Positions 1 to 8,855 of a DNA stretch of 64,000 nt are shown in pieces. Position numbers and translations under genes: made by a program. Location of the stretch: the NCBI GenBank assembly GCA_963770895.1, contig CAVYRF010000002.1, positions 5,760,001 through 5,824,000 of the forward strand, written 5' to 3'. Position 1 is the first letter of the stretch, and every line of letters starts with the position of its first letter. The stretch is from an uncultured Acidobacteriota bacterium (lineage in GTDB: Bacteria > Acidobacteriota > Thermoanaerobaculia > Multivoradales > UBA5704). The notes beneath the pieces were generated by a model, which had not been told where the DNA came from, ran no database searches, and saw only the letters and a program-made list of their open reading frames with translations.

Positions 1-156
1 GGTCACGTCCACCGCCACCCAGCGCAGCGCCCCGCGCCCGGCCAGACCCAGCTGCAGCCGGCGGTCGGCCTGGGGCGCTTCCGCCTCCGCACCGGCGTCG
101 GCCGGCGTCGGGGCGGGGGCAACGGCGGTGGCATGCTCTTTCCGGCTGGTGTTCAT
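1..156 (-). CDS. 5' part of a probable Hsp33-family chaperone (runs off window edge)
   Basis: ATG at 156 with AAGAAGGA RBS; translation MNTSRKE...RLQLGLAGRGALRWVAVDVT resembles the Hsp33/HslO N-terminus; only 52 codons visible. Confidence 0.4.
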   Translation of the reverse strand, partial: MNTSRKEHATAVAPAPTPADAGAEAEAPQADRRLQLGLAGRGALRWVAVDVT

Positions 157-259
157 GGGGTCCTTCTTTCGTCCAGGTTGTTGGATGCCGGGGTGGAGGT
201 CCGGCCGGGCGCCCGCGAAAGGCTCAGGCGGCCGATCCGGCCCCGGCCACCGGCCGGCG

Positions 260-1834
260 TCACGCCGCCGGCGCCGCTGCCAGCGCGGCGCGGTAGATCT
301 CGCGCCAGGGAACGCCCGCCGCCAGGGCCAGCCGGCGGCAGTCTTCGTATTCCGGCGCCAGCGCCAGCGGTCGCCCGCCCAGCCTGCCGCGCTTGACCCG
401 CACCCTGCCGAAGGCGGTTTCCACCTCCAGCGAGTCGCGCTCGGCTTCGAAGCGCGCCGCCAGGTGATAACGGCAGCCGAGCGATCCAGATTCCACCAGC
501 AGGATTCCGGCCAGCTCGGCCACCTGCGGCGGCCGGCACAGCAGGCTGACCAGCGTGCCGGGCCGGCTCTTCTTCATCATCACCGGCGTGAAATAGACGT
601 CGAGTGCGCCCGCCGCCAGCAGCCGCTCCATCAGGTAGCCGAACGCCTCCCCGGCCAGGTCGTCCACCTCGCATTCGACGACCGCCACGACCGGCATGCC
701 GGGAGCGACGCCGGAGCCGACCCCGGCGGCGCCCCAGGCCTGCTCCGCCATCGCATGGCCGCGCAGCAGGCGTACCGCATTGGGCTGCGTCGGCAGGTCC
801 TTGCGGCCCAGGCCGTAGCCGGTCGCCTCCAACACCAGGGGCGGCAGGTCCACGTAGGCGTCCACCAGCTCCGCCAGCAGCACGGCGCCGGTCGGCGTCG
901 TCAGCTCGCCGCCCGGCCCACCGTGGATCGGCACCCCGTGGAGCAGCTCGGCGGTCGCCGGCGCCGGCACCGGCAGCTCGCCGTGCGCCGTCCACACCCG
1001 CCCGCCGCCGACGTTGACGGCGCCGCAGGTCAGCCGCTCCGGCGCCAGGTGCTCCATCGCCGCCGCGGCGCCCACCAGGTCGACGATCGAATCCACCGCG
1101 CCGACCTCATGGAAGTGCACGCGATCGATCGGCATGCCATGCGCCTTGGCCTCCGCCTCCCCCAGCCGCGCAAACAGCCGCAGCGCCCGCTCGCGCACCG
1201 CAGGCGTCAGCCCGCTGGTCGCCAGCAGCGTACGGATCTGCGCCAGGTCGCGCTGCCCGCGCGGATCGTGCGGATCCGCCACACCATGAGAATGCTCCGT
1301 CCCCGGCTGGTGGGGGCCGTGGGGGTGGCCGTCCGCGTGAGAATGGCCGTGCTCGTGAGCGTCCGCCGCGGCCTGGTCATGGGAATGACCGTGGTCGTGC
1401 GCCGCCTCATGGTCATGGGAGTGGCCGTGGCTGTGCGAGTGCTCGGGTCCGTGCTCGTGCGGGTGAGAATGGCTGTGCGAGTGCTCTGTTCCGTGTTCGT
1501 GCGGATGGGAGTGGCTGGTCGAGTGCCCCGGTTCATGCGGGTGCGCATGCGCGTGGGCATGGCCGTTTTCGCCGTGCGCCGGGGCGTGCCGTGCAGGCCC
1601 GGCCGCCTCGTCGGGGTCGGGGCCTTCGATGGGAGCGCCGTCGATCAGCACGCGAAACCGGGTGCCGGTGAAGCCGCCGCGGGACGCCTTGCGCTGCTCG
1701 ACCGTCACGCCGCGCAGGCCCAGGCTGGCAACCGCGGCAGCCACGACGTCGAGCGGCATCCCCAGGTCCAGGCACGCCCCCAGAAACATGTCGCCCGCAA
1801 TGCCGCTCGCGCAATCCAGGTGGTATCTCGCCAT
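260..1834 (-). CDS. larC: Nickel-pincer cofactor biosynthesis protein LarC with long His-rich insert
   Basis: LDCASGIAGDMFLGA N-terminus, HFHEVGAVDSIVD, GELTTPTG, MKKSRPG and PEYEDC motifs. Confidence 0.93.
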   Translation of the reverse strand: MARYHLDCASGIAGDMFLGACLDLGMPLDVVAAAVASLGLRGVTVEQRKASRGGFTGTRFRVLIDGAPIEGPDPDEAAGPARHAPAHGENGHAHAHAHPHEPGHSTSHSHPHEHGTEHSHSHSHPHEHGPEHSHSHGHSHDHEAAHDHGHSHDQAAADAHEHGHSHADGHPHGPHQPGTEHSHGVADPHDPRGQRDLAQIRTLLATSGLTPAVRERALRLFARLGEAEAKAHGMPIDRVHFHEVGAVDSIVDLVGAAAAMEHLAPERLTCGAVNVGGGRVWTAHGELPVPAPATAELLHGVPIHGGPGGELTTPTGAVLLAELVDAYVDLPPLVLEATGYGLGRKDLPTQPNAVRLLRGHAMAEQAWGAAGVGSGVAPGMPVVAVVECEVDDLAGEAFGYLMERLLAAGALDVYFTPVMMKKSRPGTLVSLLCRPPQVAELAGILLVESGSLGCRYHLAARFEAERDSLEVETAFGRVRVKRGRLGGRPLALAPEYEDCRRLALAAGVPWREIYRAALAAAPAA

Positions 1835-1912
1835 GGCGGCGCGAGCCTACCATGCCGCGGTCAAACGCCCTGGCCGCTGCCGCCGGGTCCTTCCGGCTGC
1901 GCGGCGGAGCGG

Positions 1913-2653
1913 CTACCAGCCGCCGCGTTGGTGGAGGGAGACCCAGAGGCCGAAGGTGCCGATGATCAGGTGGTCGAGCAAATCGACGCCGACGGCGGAG
2001 GCGGCGGTGGCCATGCGGCGGGTGAAGAGGAGGTCTTCGGAGCTGGGCGTGGGGTCGCCGCTCGGGTGGGTGTGGAACAGGACGATGCCCGCGGCTTCGC
2101 GCAGCAGCGCCTCTTTGAGGATCTGGCGCGGCTCGACCGTGGCGCGGTGCAGCGTGCCGCGAAAGAAGTCCCGGTCGCCGAGCCAGCAATGCCGGGCGTC
2201 GAGGAAGACCGCTCCCATCACCTCCTGGTTGTGCAGCTGGTAGCGCAGGCCCAGGTAGCGCACCACCTCAGCTGGGCGGTCGAGCGGCCGCCGGGCTTGC
2301 ATCCTGGGCCTGGCGAGGCGGCGGCCGAACTCGACGGCGGCCAGAATGGTTGCGGCCTTGGCGTTCCTGAGGCCTCGCCGGCGCAGCGACAGCACGCTGG
2401 CGCCGGCCAGCCCGTCCAGCCCGCCGTGCTCGCGCAGCAGCCGGGCGGCGATCTGCAGCACCGGCTTGCCGGCGATGCCGACGCGCAGCAGCACCGCCAC
2501 CAGCTCGATGTCGGAGAGCGCGGCGGCACCCTGCTCCAGCAGCCTCTCGCGCGGGCGCTCGCGCTTCGCCAGGTCTTTGATCCGGGGCCGTCTGTCGCCA
2601 TCTTCGTCCGGCAGTCCCAGCGGCTCGCCGGCCAGCGAAGTTGCCACCAGCAC
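1913..2653 (-). CDS. radC: RadC-like JAB-domain protein (start uncertain; alternative GTG at 2872)
   Basis: ERPRERLL..G..ALSD.EL and HTHPSGDPTPSSED...LLDHLII motifs. Confidence 0.9.
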   Translation of the reverse strand: MLVATSLAGEPLGLPDEDGDRRPRIKDLAKRERPRERLLEQGAAALSDIELVAVLLRVGIAGKPVLQIAARLLREHGGLDGLAGASVLSLRRRGLRNAKAATILAAVEFGRRLARPRMQARRPLDRPAEVVRYLGLRYQLHNQEVMGAVFLDARHCWLGDRDFFRGTLHRATVEPRQILKEALLREAAGIVLFHTHPSGDPTPSSEDLLFTRRMATAASAVGVDLLDHLIIGTFGLWVSLHQRGGW

Positions 2654-2850
2654 CTGGCCGGGCGGTACCGGTAGCGCCGGAAGGTCGACAGACGCCGACG
2701 ATGCTGCCGGCAGCTCCCCGGACTGCGGCAGCTTCGCCGACGGCCTCCCAGGCTGAGTCGGAGCCGCCAGGAGCCTGGCGCGCGATGGCCGTGCCGGAGG
2801 CGATGCGCCCGGCGCCGGCGACGATGCTGCCGACGAGGACTGCGGGGGCT

Positions 2851-3633
2851 TCAGACTTGAGCGCCGCGGCACGCTGCAATCGCATCGGTGAGCGCCGGCA
2901 GCGCTTCCCCGGCCGGCGAAGTCAGCCGCAGGCGGGCAAACGGCGAGTACGGCGTGGGTTCGGGATTGACTTCGATGAGCCAGGCTCCGGCTTCCAGAGC
3001 CGTGCGGATCAGGCCGGCGGCCGGGTAGACCTGGGCGGAGGTGCCGGCGGCGAGGATGAGGTCGCAGGCGGCCGCCGCCTGTCCGGCGCGGGCCAGCGCT
3101 GCGACCGGCAGGCTCTCGCCAAACCAGACCACTGCCGGCCGGAAGCGTCCGCCTCCGGCCGCGCAGGTCCCCACCCCGCAGGACGGCGGCGCCGCAGGGG
3201 ACCGAGCGATGGCGTCGGCCATCGGCTGCCGCCGCCCGCAGGTATCGCAGTACGCTTCGGCGAGCGAACCGTGCAAGGGCACGACGTCGCTGCTGCCGGC
3301 TCGCTGGTGCAGGTTGTCGACGTTCTGGGTCACCAACAAGAAGGACGGAAACAGGGCCTGCCAGCGCGCAAGAGCCAGGTGTCCGGCGTTGGGCCTGGCC
3401 GCGACCAGCACCGAATGGCGCCAGGCGTACCACTGCCACACCCGCTCCGGGGTGCGGTAGAAGGCCTCGGGGGTCGCCAGCTCTTCGGGCCGCTGCTGCT
3501 GCCACAGCCCGCCGGCGCCGCGAAAGGTGCCCAGGCCGCTCTCCTGCGACACTCCGGCGCCGGTCAGCGCCACCACCCGCGTCGCCTGCCGTACGCGGTC
3601 TGCAAGCTCGTCATCCAGTCGTACCATCGACAT
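2851..3633 (-). CDS. cobB: NAD-dependent deacylase (class III sirtuin)
   Basis: [28 protein letters not shown], CxxC..C zinc site, GTS..VYPAA; YAWR matches the YxxR desuccinylase signature. Confidence 0.92.
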   Translation of the reverse strand: MSMVRLDDELADRVRQATRVVALTGAGVSQESGLGTFRGAGGLWQQQRPEELATPEAFYRTPERVWQWYAWRHSVLVAARPNAGHLALARWQALFPSFLLVTQNVDNLHQRAGSSDVVPLHGSLAEAYCDTCGRRQPMADAIARSPAAPPSCGVGTCAAGGGRFRPAVVWFGESLPVAALARAGQAAAACDLILAAGTSAQVYPAAGLIRTALEAGAWLIEVNPEPTPYSPFARLRLTSPAGEALPALTDAIAACRGAQV

Positions 3634-3910
3634 CCGCGCTCCTTCCGCGGCGCCAGGCCTGGGTGCCCGGCGCACTCCACTGGCCCGCTCGGTTCACTGG
3701 GATGGTCGTCGCGGAGCAGTCCGGTCCTCTGCCAAGGCGCGCCGACGCAGGACCGCTAGCTCCATGATGTCGCAGGATGAGCGTCGGCGGGTGCACGGTG
3801 CACCGGGTTACAGCCCCAGGCCGTATACTGAAGTGCGATCCCGATCGCCGATCGCCGGGTCGCCGCCGCGGCCCGGGCGACCTCGCGCGCGAAGGAAAGG
3901 AGACGTTCCG

Positions 3911-4855
3911 ATGAGCTACCAGGCAGGCCTCACGGCAGCCGGCAACCGCCGCCCCTACGCAGGCGTCGCGGCAGCCGGCAATGATCGCCCCCGCCGTTGT
4001 CGATGGATTTCGTCCCACGCAGCTGCCGGTGCTCGCCTCGACCCGCCGCGATCCCTGCGTGCGGCCGTCGTTGGTGGCGCGGCGTTGGCGCTCCTGGTCC
4101 TGGCAGCGCCGGCGGCGGTTTGGGGTGCGGCGCCGGAAGGCTCCTACCAGAAGAGCTGCAAGGACATCCAGATGTCCGCCGACGGCGCGACGCTGTCGGC
4201 CACCTGCAAACAGCACGACGGCACGTGGCATCCCACCAGCCTGTCCGGGCTCAAGGACTGCACCGATCCGGTCGCCAATCTCAACGGCAACCTGCGCTGC
4301 AACAAGGGGGGCGTGCCGCCGGAAGGCTCCTACAGCGCCTCCTGCCGCGAAATCTGGCTGGAGGCAGGCACCCTGCACGCCGCCTGCGACGACGGCCAGG
4401 GCCACACCCTGGCGAACGACCTGCAATCCGTCAGCACCTGCACCACCCGCGTGGCCAACATCCACGGCCACCTGACCTGCGCCCAGGGCGGCAAGCCGCC
4501 CGCCGGCACCTACGGCCGCAGCTGCTGGGACGTCGTGGTCAGCGGCTCGTCCCTGGCCGCCACCTGCCGCGCGATCAACGGCTCCTCCCGCTCCAGCACC
4601 CTGTCGCTGACCGAACCCTGCCGCGGCGCCGTGCGCGACGTCGACGGCTACCTCACCTGCAACCGCGGCTCGGCCGATCCGCCGCCGGGCTCCTACCTGA
4701 AGACCTGCATCGACATCAAGGTCGATGGCAATGCCCTGCAAGCCCGCTGCGAGGACACGACCGGCACGCCGGTGGCGGCCCACCTGGACGACGACCGCGG
4801 TTGCACCGCCATCGCCAACCACAACGGCACCCTGGCCTGCGTAAAGCCGAAGTAG
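3911..4855 (+). CDS. Secreted protein with four CVNH-like (cyanovirin-N homology) repeats
   Basis: Hydrophobic signal-like segment, then four units of P.GSY..SC..I....L.A.C....G......L..C....N..G.L.C; GGAG RBS before ATG 3911. Confidence 0.75.
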   Translation: MSYQAGLTAAGNRRPYAGVAAAGNDRPRRCRWISSHAAAGARLDPPRSLRAAVVGGAALALLVLAAPAAVWGAAPEGSYQKSCKDIQMSADGATLSATCKQHDGTWHPTSLSGLKDCTDPVANLNGNLRCNKGGVPPEGSYSASCREIWLEAGTLHAACDDGQGHTLANDLQSVSTCTTRVANIHGHLTCAQGGKPPAGTYGRSCWDVVVSGSSLAATCRAINGSSRSSTLSLTEPCRGAVRDVDGYLTCNRGSADPPPGSYLKTCIDIKVDGNALQARCEDTTGTPVAAHLDDDRGCTAIANHNGTLACVKPK

Positions 4856-5069
4856 CGCCGGCCGCGGCCCACAGATTTGCCGCGCCGCTCCAGCCGGCGA
4901 AAAGCAACTGGGCATCGCCGTCTGTACGCCCCGCTGCGTCCCACGCTGGCCCGCGGCGCCCGGCGGTGAAGCCAGTGGCGCCAGTGCTCCTCCGGCGCCA
5001 ACCCTGACGGAAGTGCCCGCGGTGGCGTCCGTGGCCGCGCCCCACGGCGAAACGCAGGTGGGGCGCCGC

Positions 5070-5471
5070 TCAGTGCTGGGTTTGCTGGATCGAAAGGATG
5101 TTGCCGTCGGGGTCCTTGAACCAGGCGACGCGCGAGCCGTCGGGGAACTCGGCGATGCCTTCCTGGTTCTGCTGGATCCAGGTGTAGCGTTCGATCGCCA
5201 CGCCGGCGGCGGTCAGGCCCTCGACCGTGGCGCTGATGTCCTGCACCCGCCAGCCCAGCGCGGTGCGCGGCACCGGCGTCAGCTCGGGGCCTTTCTGGAT
5301 GCGCAGGCGGGTGCCGTTGGACTCCATCACCAGCATGTAGGGATTTTCGTCCACGAACTGCAAGCCCAGCTTGCCTTCGTAAAAGGCGCGGCTGCGCACC
5401 GCATCGGTGGTGGCGATAAACGCCACCAGGTCCGCGGATCGCAAGGGGAACTCCGGCGACGATGGCTGCAT
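5070..5471 (-). CDS. VOC/glyoxalase family protein
   Basis: RAFYEGKLGL and AWFKDPDGNILSI motifs; AAGGAG RBS. Confidence 0.88.
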   Translation of the reverse strand: MQPSSPEFPLRSADLVAFIATTDAVRSRAFYEGKLGLQFVDENPYMLVMESNGTRLRIQKGPELTPVPRTALGWRVQDISATVEGLTAAGVAIERYTWIQQNQEGIAEFPDGSRVAWFKDPDGNILSIQQTQH

Positions 5472-5500
5472 CTGAGGCTCCTTTCCGGTTGATCGCTGCT

Positions 5501-5519
5501 CTAGTCTCAATTAGACTAG
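5501..5519. promoter_or_regulatory. Palindromic operator candidate CTAGTCT-N5-AGACTAG between divergent VOC and PadR genes
   Basis: Perfect 7-bp AT-rich inverted repeat in a GC-rich intergenic region next to a PadR gene. Confidence 0.55.
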
Positions 5520-5630
5520 TGGAGCCCGGCGAGGCCGTCAAGCCCACACCTGTTGCGGATTGCGGGAGGTGGTGAGCAACGGCGGTGGGTGAGAATTGAC
5601 GCGAGCGGAACCAGCGGGGAACGATTAGAG

Positions 5631-6215
5631 ATGACGCCGCCGCGCAACAAGGCCGCCGACCAGCTGACGCCAGCCGACCTGCTGGTCTTGGCGATGCTCG
5701 CCGAAAGGCCGACGCACGGCTATGACCTGGTGGCGGCGCTGGATCGGCGCGACGCCGGCGACAACGCCACCGTGTCGAAGGCGCAGATCTACTACTCGCT
5801 CAAGAAGCTGCAGCGCCTGGGCCTGATCCTTGCCGCCAGGGACGACGGCTCGCCCGCCGGGCCGGAGCGCGAACCCTACCGCCTTGCCGCCGCCGGCCGC
5901 CGCGCCATGAGCGCCGCGCTGTCGCGGCCGGAATGGGCCCGCCAGCGCCCGCCCATCCCCTTCCACACCTGGCTGGCCCTGGTCGGCCAGGGCGAGCCCG
6001 CCGACCGCTCCGCCGTCCTCAAGGCCCGCCGCGACTTCCTGGACGAAGAGATCGCAAAGGAGAGCCGCGCCCTGGCCGCCCTGCGCGCCGACCCCGATCC
6101 GACCAAGGCCGTCACCCAGGCCCTGGTCTCCCACACCATCGAGGTCTACCGCCTGGAACGCCAGCTGCTGGACGCCGTCGAAGGAATGCTGCGCACCCCC
6201 GAGCCTCAACCGTGA
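5631..6215 (+). CDS. PadR family transcriptional regulator
   Basis: LAMLAERPTHGYDL...QIYYSLKKLQRLGLI winged-helix pattern. Confidence 0.88.
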   Translation: MTPPRNKAADQLTPADLLVLAMLAERPTHGYDLVAALDRRDAGDNATVSKAQIYYSLKKLQRLGLILAARDDGSPAGPEREPYRLAAAGRRAMSAALSRPEWARQRPPIPFHTWLALVGQGEPADRSAVLKARRDFLDEEIAKESRALAALRADPDPTKAVTQALVSHTIEVYRLERQLLDAVEGMLRTPEPQP

Positions 6216-7699
6216 GCGGGCAGCCCCACGGCATCGGGTTGCACAAGCGAGGATATCCTTGACGGGGGCGCACTCGGGGAGTTGGAATTGGTCCAAATGC
6301 CACGCAAGCTCTCGTCTTCGAGGAGCGCGAGCGTTTTGCGGTAATCCCTGGCCTCGGCAATCCGCGTCACCTCGATATCAGCAGGTGGCAATTCTGTCGC
6401 CGCAAGGATCTCATCCAAGGTAACGCGAAAAAATTCCCTGCGTTCGTTGATTCGGTTCATGCGCCGATAGTGGAAGATGCGGTGAAGCTTGCACTCAAGG
6501 GCGGGAGCATCCTCCGACCGGATCATAGCGTGCACGTCGAAATCGAATGGCACAGCGGCGCCGCTTAGCTCTCGCACCCGCTCTTGGGGGTCGAGCCTGC
6601 GTGTCATGCCGATCTTGAACACGTTCTCACCAAACGATCCAATGTTAGAGATGATATAGACGTTTCCTGAACGGGTCAGCTGTGCTTGTGAGATGGCGCG
6701 CTCCTTGGCAGCGCGAGCGTCGGCGAGCTTTTGCTGCAGCTCGGCGATCTGTGCATTCATCTCTTCTCGCTTGGCCCCCTCTGTCCGTTCGATCTCTCCG
6801 CGTGCGCGGGCGAGCGCCTGCTCGTAGCGTGTCTCTTCCCGTTCGGCCTCAATCCGGGCCTTTTCCATCTCCCTTTGGGCGATCTCTTCTTCCCGAATTT
6901 GCTCGCGCAGGCGGCGCTGTTCCTCTTTCTCCTCTTGCACCTTCTCCTGATACTCGTGAGCCAGGTGTAACTCTTCCAGCTTTAGGGCTTGGAACGCTGA
7001 TGAGATTTGGCACTTCTGCACCTCGGCAAGACTATTGATCTTCTCTAGCGCTTTCTGGATGCGCGCTTCCATGACGCCCACATTATTGAATTTCACTTTG
7101 GCGACAGCGGCATCGCACTCGCCATTGAAAGCCCGCAGCATCAGGTTAAGCGTCTGGGAGATCTGTTTTCTACCTTCTACTTTGCTGCCATTTACCGTCC
7201 ACGCAATGCCGCATGTCGCCGCCGTTTTCGACTTGATCATCTCCTTCTGTGCATCGCGAATCCGCTCCAACTCTGCCTGATAGTGGGCAGAGTCAACAAA
7301 TTGATAACGCGGTTTGTAGAAACCAAAAGATTGCAGCGTGGATTCTTCGTCGAGCGACTGAAGCTCCCTGCGGAGCATAGCTATTTGCGACTGGACGTCC
7401 GTCAATTCAGCAGTTGCCGACGATCGCAACGCCTGGAGCTTTTCTGTCTCCTGCCTTTGCAGCGCCTTTTCCCGCTCGCCGGATGCAATCGCTTCGTCCC
7501 GATCCCGCTGCAAGCTGATGAGGATCCGCGATCGCTCGGCATCGGCATCGATTACACCTTTAAAGCGCTCGGCAAGGGCGTCTTGAGAGGCTTTCAGGGC
7601 GTCTCTTTCGGCCGACAAAGCACCAAACCGTCGTGAGAGGAGTGCGATGATGAGAATTGCAATTGCGAGCAGAATTATGGAGATGATCAGCGGATACAT
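6206..7699 (-). CDS. Membrane-anchored DUF4041 + T5orf172/GIY-YIG-like nuclease (PD-Lambda-1/SNIPE-like)
   Basis: N-terminal TM helix, coiled coil, LMLRAFNGECD (DUF4041), GNVYIISNIGSFGENVFKIGMTRRLDPQERVREL..A.VPF.FDVH; GC visibly lower than flanks. Confidence 0.85.
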   Translation of the reverse strand: MYPLIISIILLAIAILIIALLSRRFGALSAERDALKASQDALAERFKGVIDADAERSRILISLQRDRDEAIASGEREKALQRQETEKLQALRSSATAELTDVQSQIAMLRRELQSLDEESTLQSFGFYKPRYQFVDSAHYQAELERIRDAQKEMIKSKTAATCGIAWTVNGSKVEGRKQISQTLNLMLRAFNGECDAAVAKVKFNNVGVMEARIQKALEKINSLAEVQKCQISSAFQALKLEELHLAHEYQEKVQEEKEEQRRLREQIREEEIAQREMEKARIEAEREETRYEQALARARGEIERTEGAKREEMNAQIAELQQKLADARAAKERAISQAQLTRSGNVYIISNIGSFGENVFKIGMTRRLDPQERVRELSGAAVPFDFDVHAMIRSEDAPALECKLHRIFHYRRMNRINERREFFRVTLDEILAATELPPADIEVTRIAEARDYRKTLALLEDESLRGIWTNSNSPSAPPSRISSLVQPDAVGLPAHG

Positions 7700-7885
7700 A
7701 TGCAGATCCTCATAGGTGAAATTTTCGCCTTACCGCAGACACATACAGTACGACCTATGGATTTTGAGCAAGTATAGCCTCAGCTCAATCCAGTCGTCAA
7801 CGGTGGGGGTTTGACTCGACTGGCGGCATACTGGTAGAAACCGCGCGCCCGCGGTGTGGCGCTTTTTCTTTTGGGAGGATGAGGG

Positions 7886-8776
7886 ATGCCTTTGATGCCG
7901 ACGAATTTTGGGTTGCTGGAGAGCCCTTACTGCGACTATGAGCGCAGCCGGGTGGTGGTGCTGCCGGTGCCGTTTGAGCGCACGACGAGCTATGGGAAGG
8001 GGACTTCGCTGGGGCCGGCGGGGATCATCCGGGCTTCGCAGAGCATGGAGCTGTACGACGAGGAGCTGGAGGCCGAGCCGTTTGGGCAGGGGATCGCGAC
8101 GCTGGCTCCGTTCCTGCCCGAGGCGTTCGACATGGCGGCGGCGCTGGGCGAGATCGAGGCGGAGGCGGGCAGGCATTTCGCGCAGGGGAAGTTTGTGGTG
8201 ACGCTGGGCGGCGAGCACAGCCTGACGCTGGCGCCGGCGCGCGCCGCGCGGACGACGCACGGCGCGATCGGCGTGCTGCAGTTTGACGCCCACGCCGATC
8301 TGCGCGAGGAGTACGAGGGGACGCCCTACAGCCATGCCAGCGTCATGAAGCGCATCCTGGACGACGGCTTCCCCACCGCCGCGATCGGCATCCGGTCGCT
8401 GTCGGCTCCCGAGGCCGCCCTGGTCCGCCACCGGCAGCTGCCGATCGTCTGGGGGCACGAGCTGGACCAGGCGGCCGAAGCGCTGCCGCAGCTGCTGACC
8501 GCTTTGCCCGAAAAGATCTACCTGACGTTCGACATCGACTTCTTCGATCCTGCCCTGGTGCCCGCCACCGGCACCCCCGAGCCCGGCGGCGGCTGGTGGT
8601 ACCCCACGCTGGCCCTGCTGCGCGCGGTGTTCAGCACCAAGACGGTGGTGGGCATGGATCTGGTGGAGCTGGCCCCCGTCCACCACCACCCGGCCAGCGA
8701 CTTCCTGGCCGCCAAGCTGATCTACAAGTGCCTGGGCTACCTGCAGGAGGTCGAGTCCGGCCACGTCCTGCATTGA
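7886..8776 (+). CDS. speB: Agmatinase
   Basis: GGEHS, DAHADLR and TFDIDFFDP..PATGTPEPGG ureohydrolase motifs. Confidence 0.92.
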   Translation: MPLMPTNFGLLESPYCDYERSRVVVLPVPFERTTSYGKGTSLGPAGIIRASQSMELYDEELEAEPFGQGIATLAPFLPEAFDMAAALGEIEAEAGRHFAQGKFVVTLGGEHSLTLAPARAARTTHGAIGVLQFDAHADLREEYEGTPYSHASVMKRILDDGFPTAAIGIRSLSAPEAALVRHRQLPIVWGHELDQAAEALPQLLTALPEKIYLTFDIDFFDPALVPATGTPEPGGGWWYPTLALLRAVFSTKTVVGMDLVELAPVHHHPASDFLAAKLIYKCLGYLQEVESGHVLH

Positions 8777-8855
8777 CGCCGGCGGCGCGCGGCGGGGCGG
8801 CGCGCCAGGGCGCGACCGCGGCCGTGCCCAGGAGGGCCTCGCCGCCGGCCGGCGG

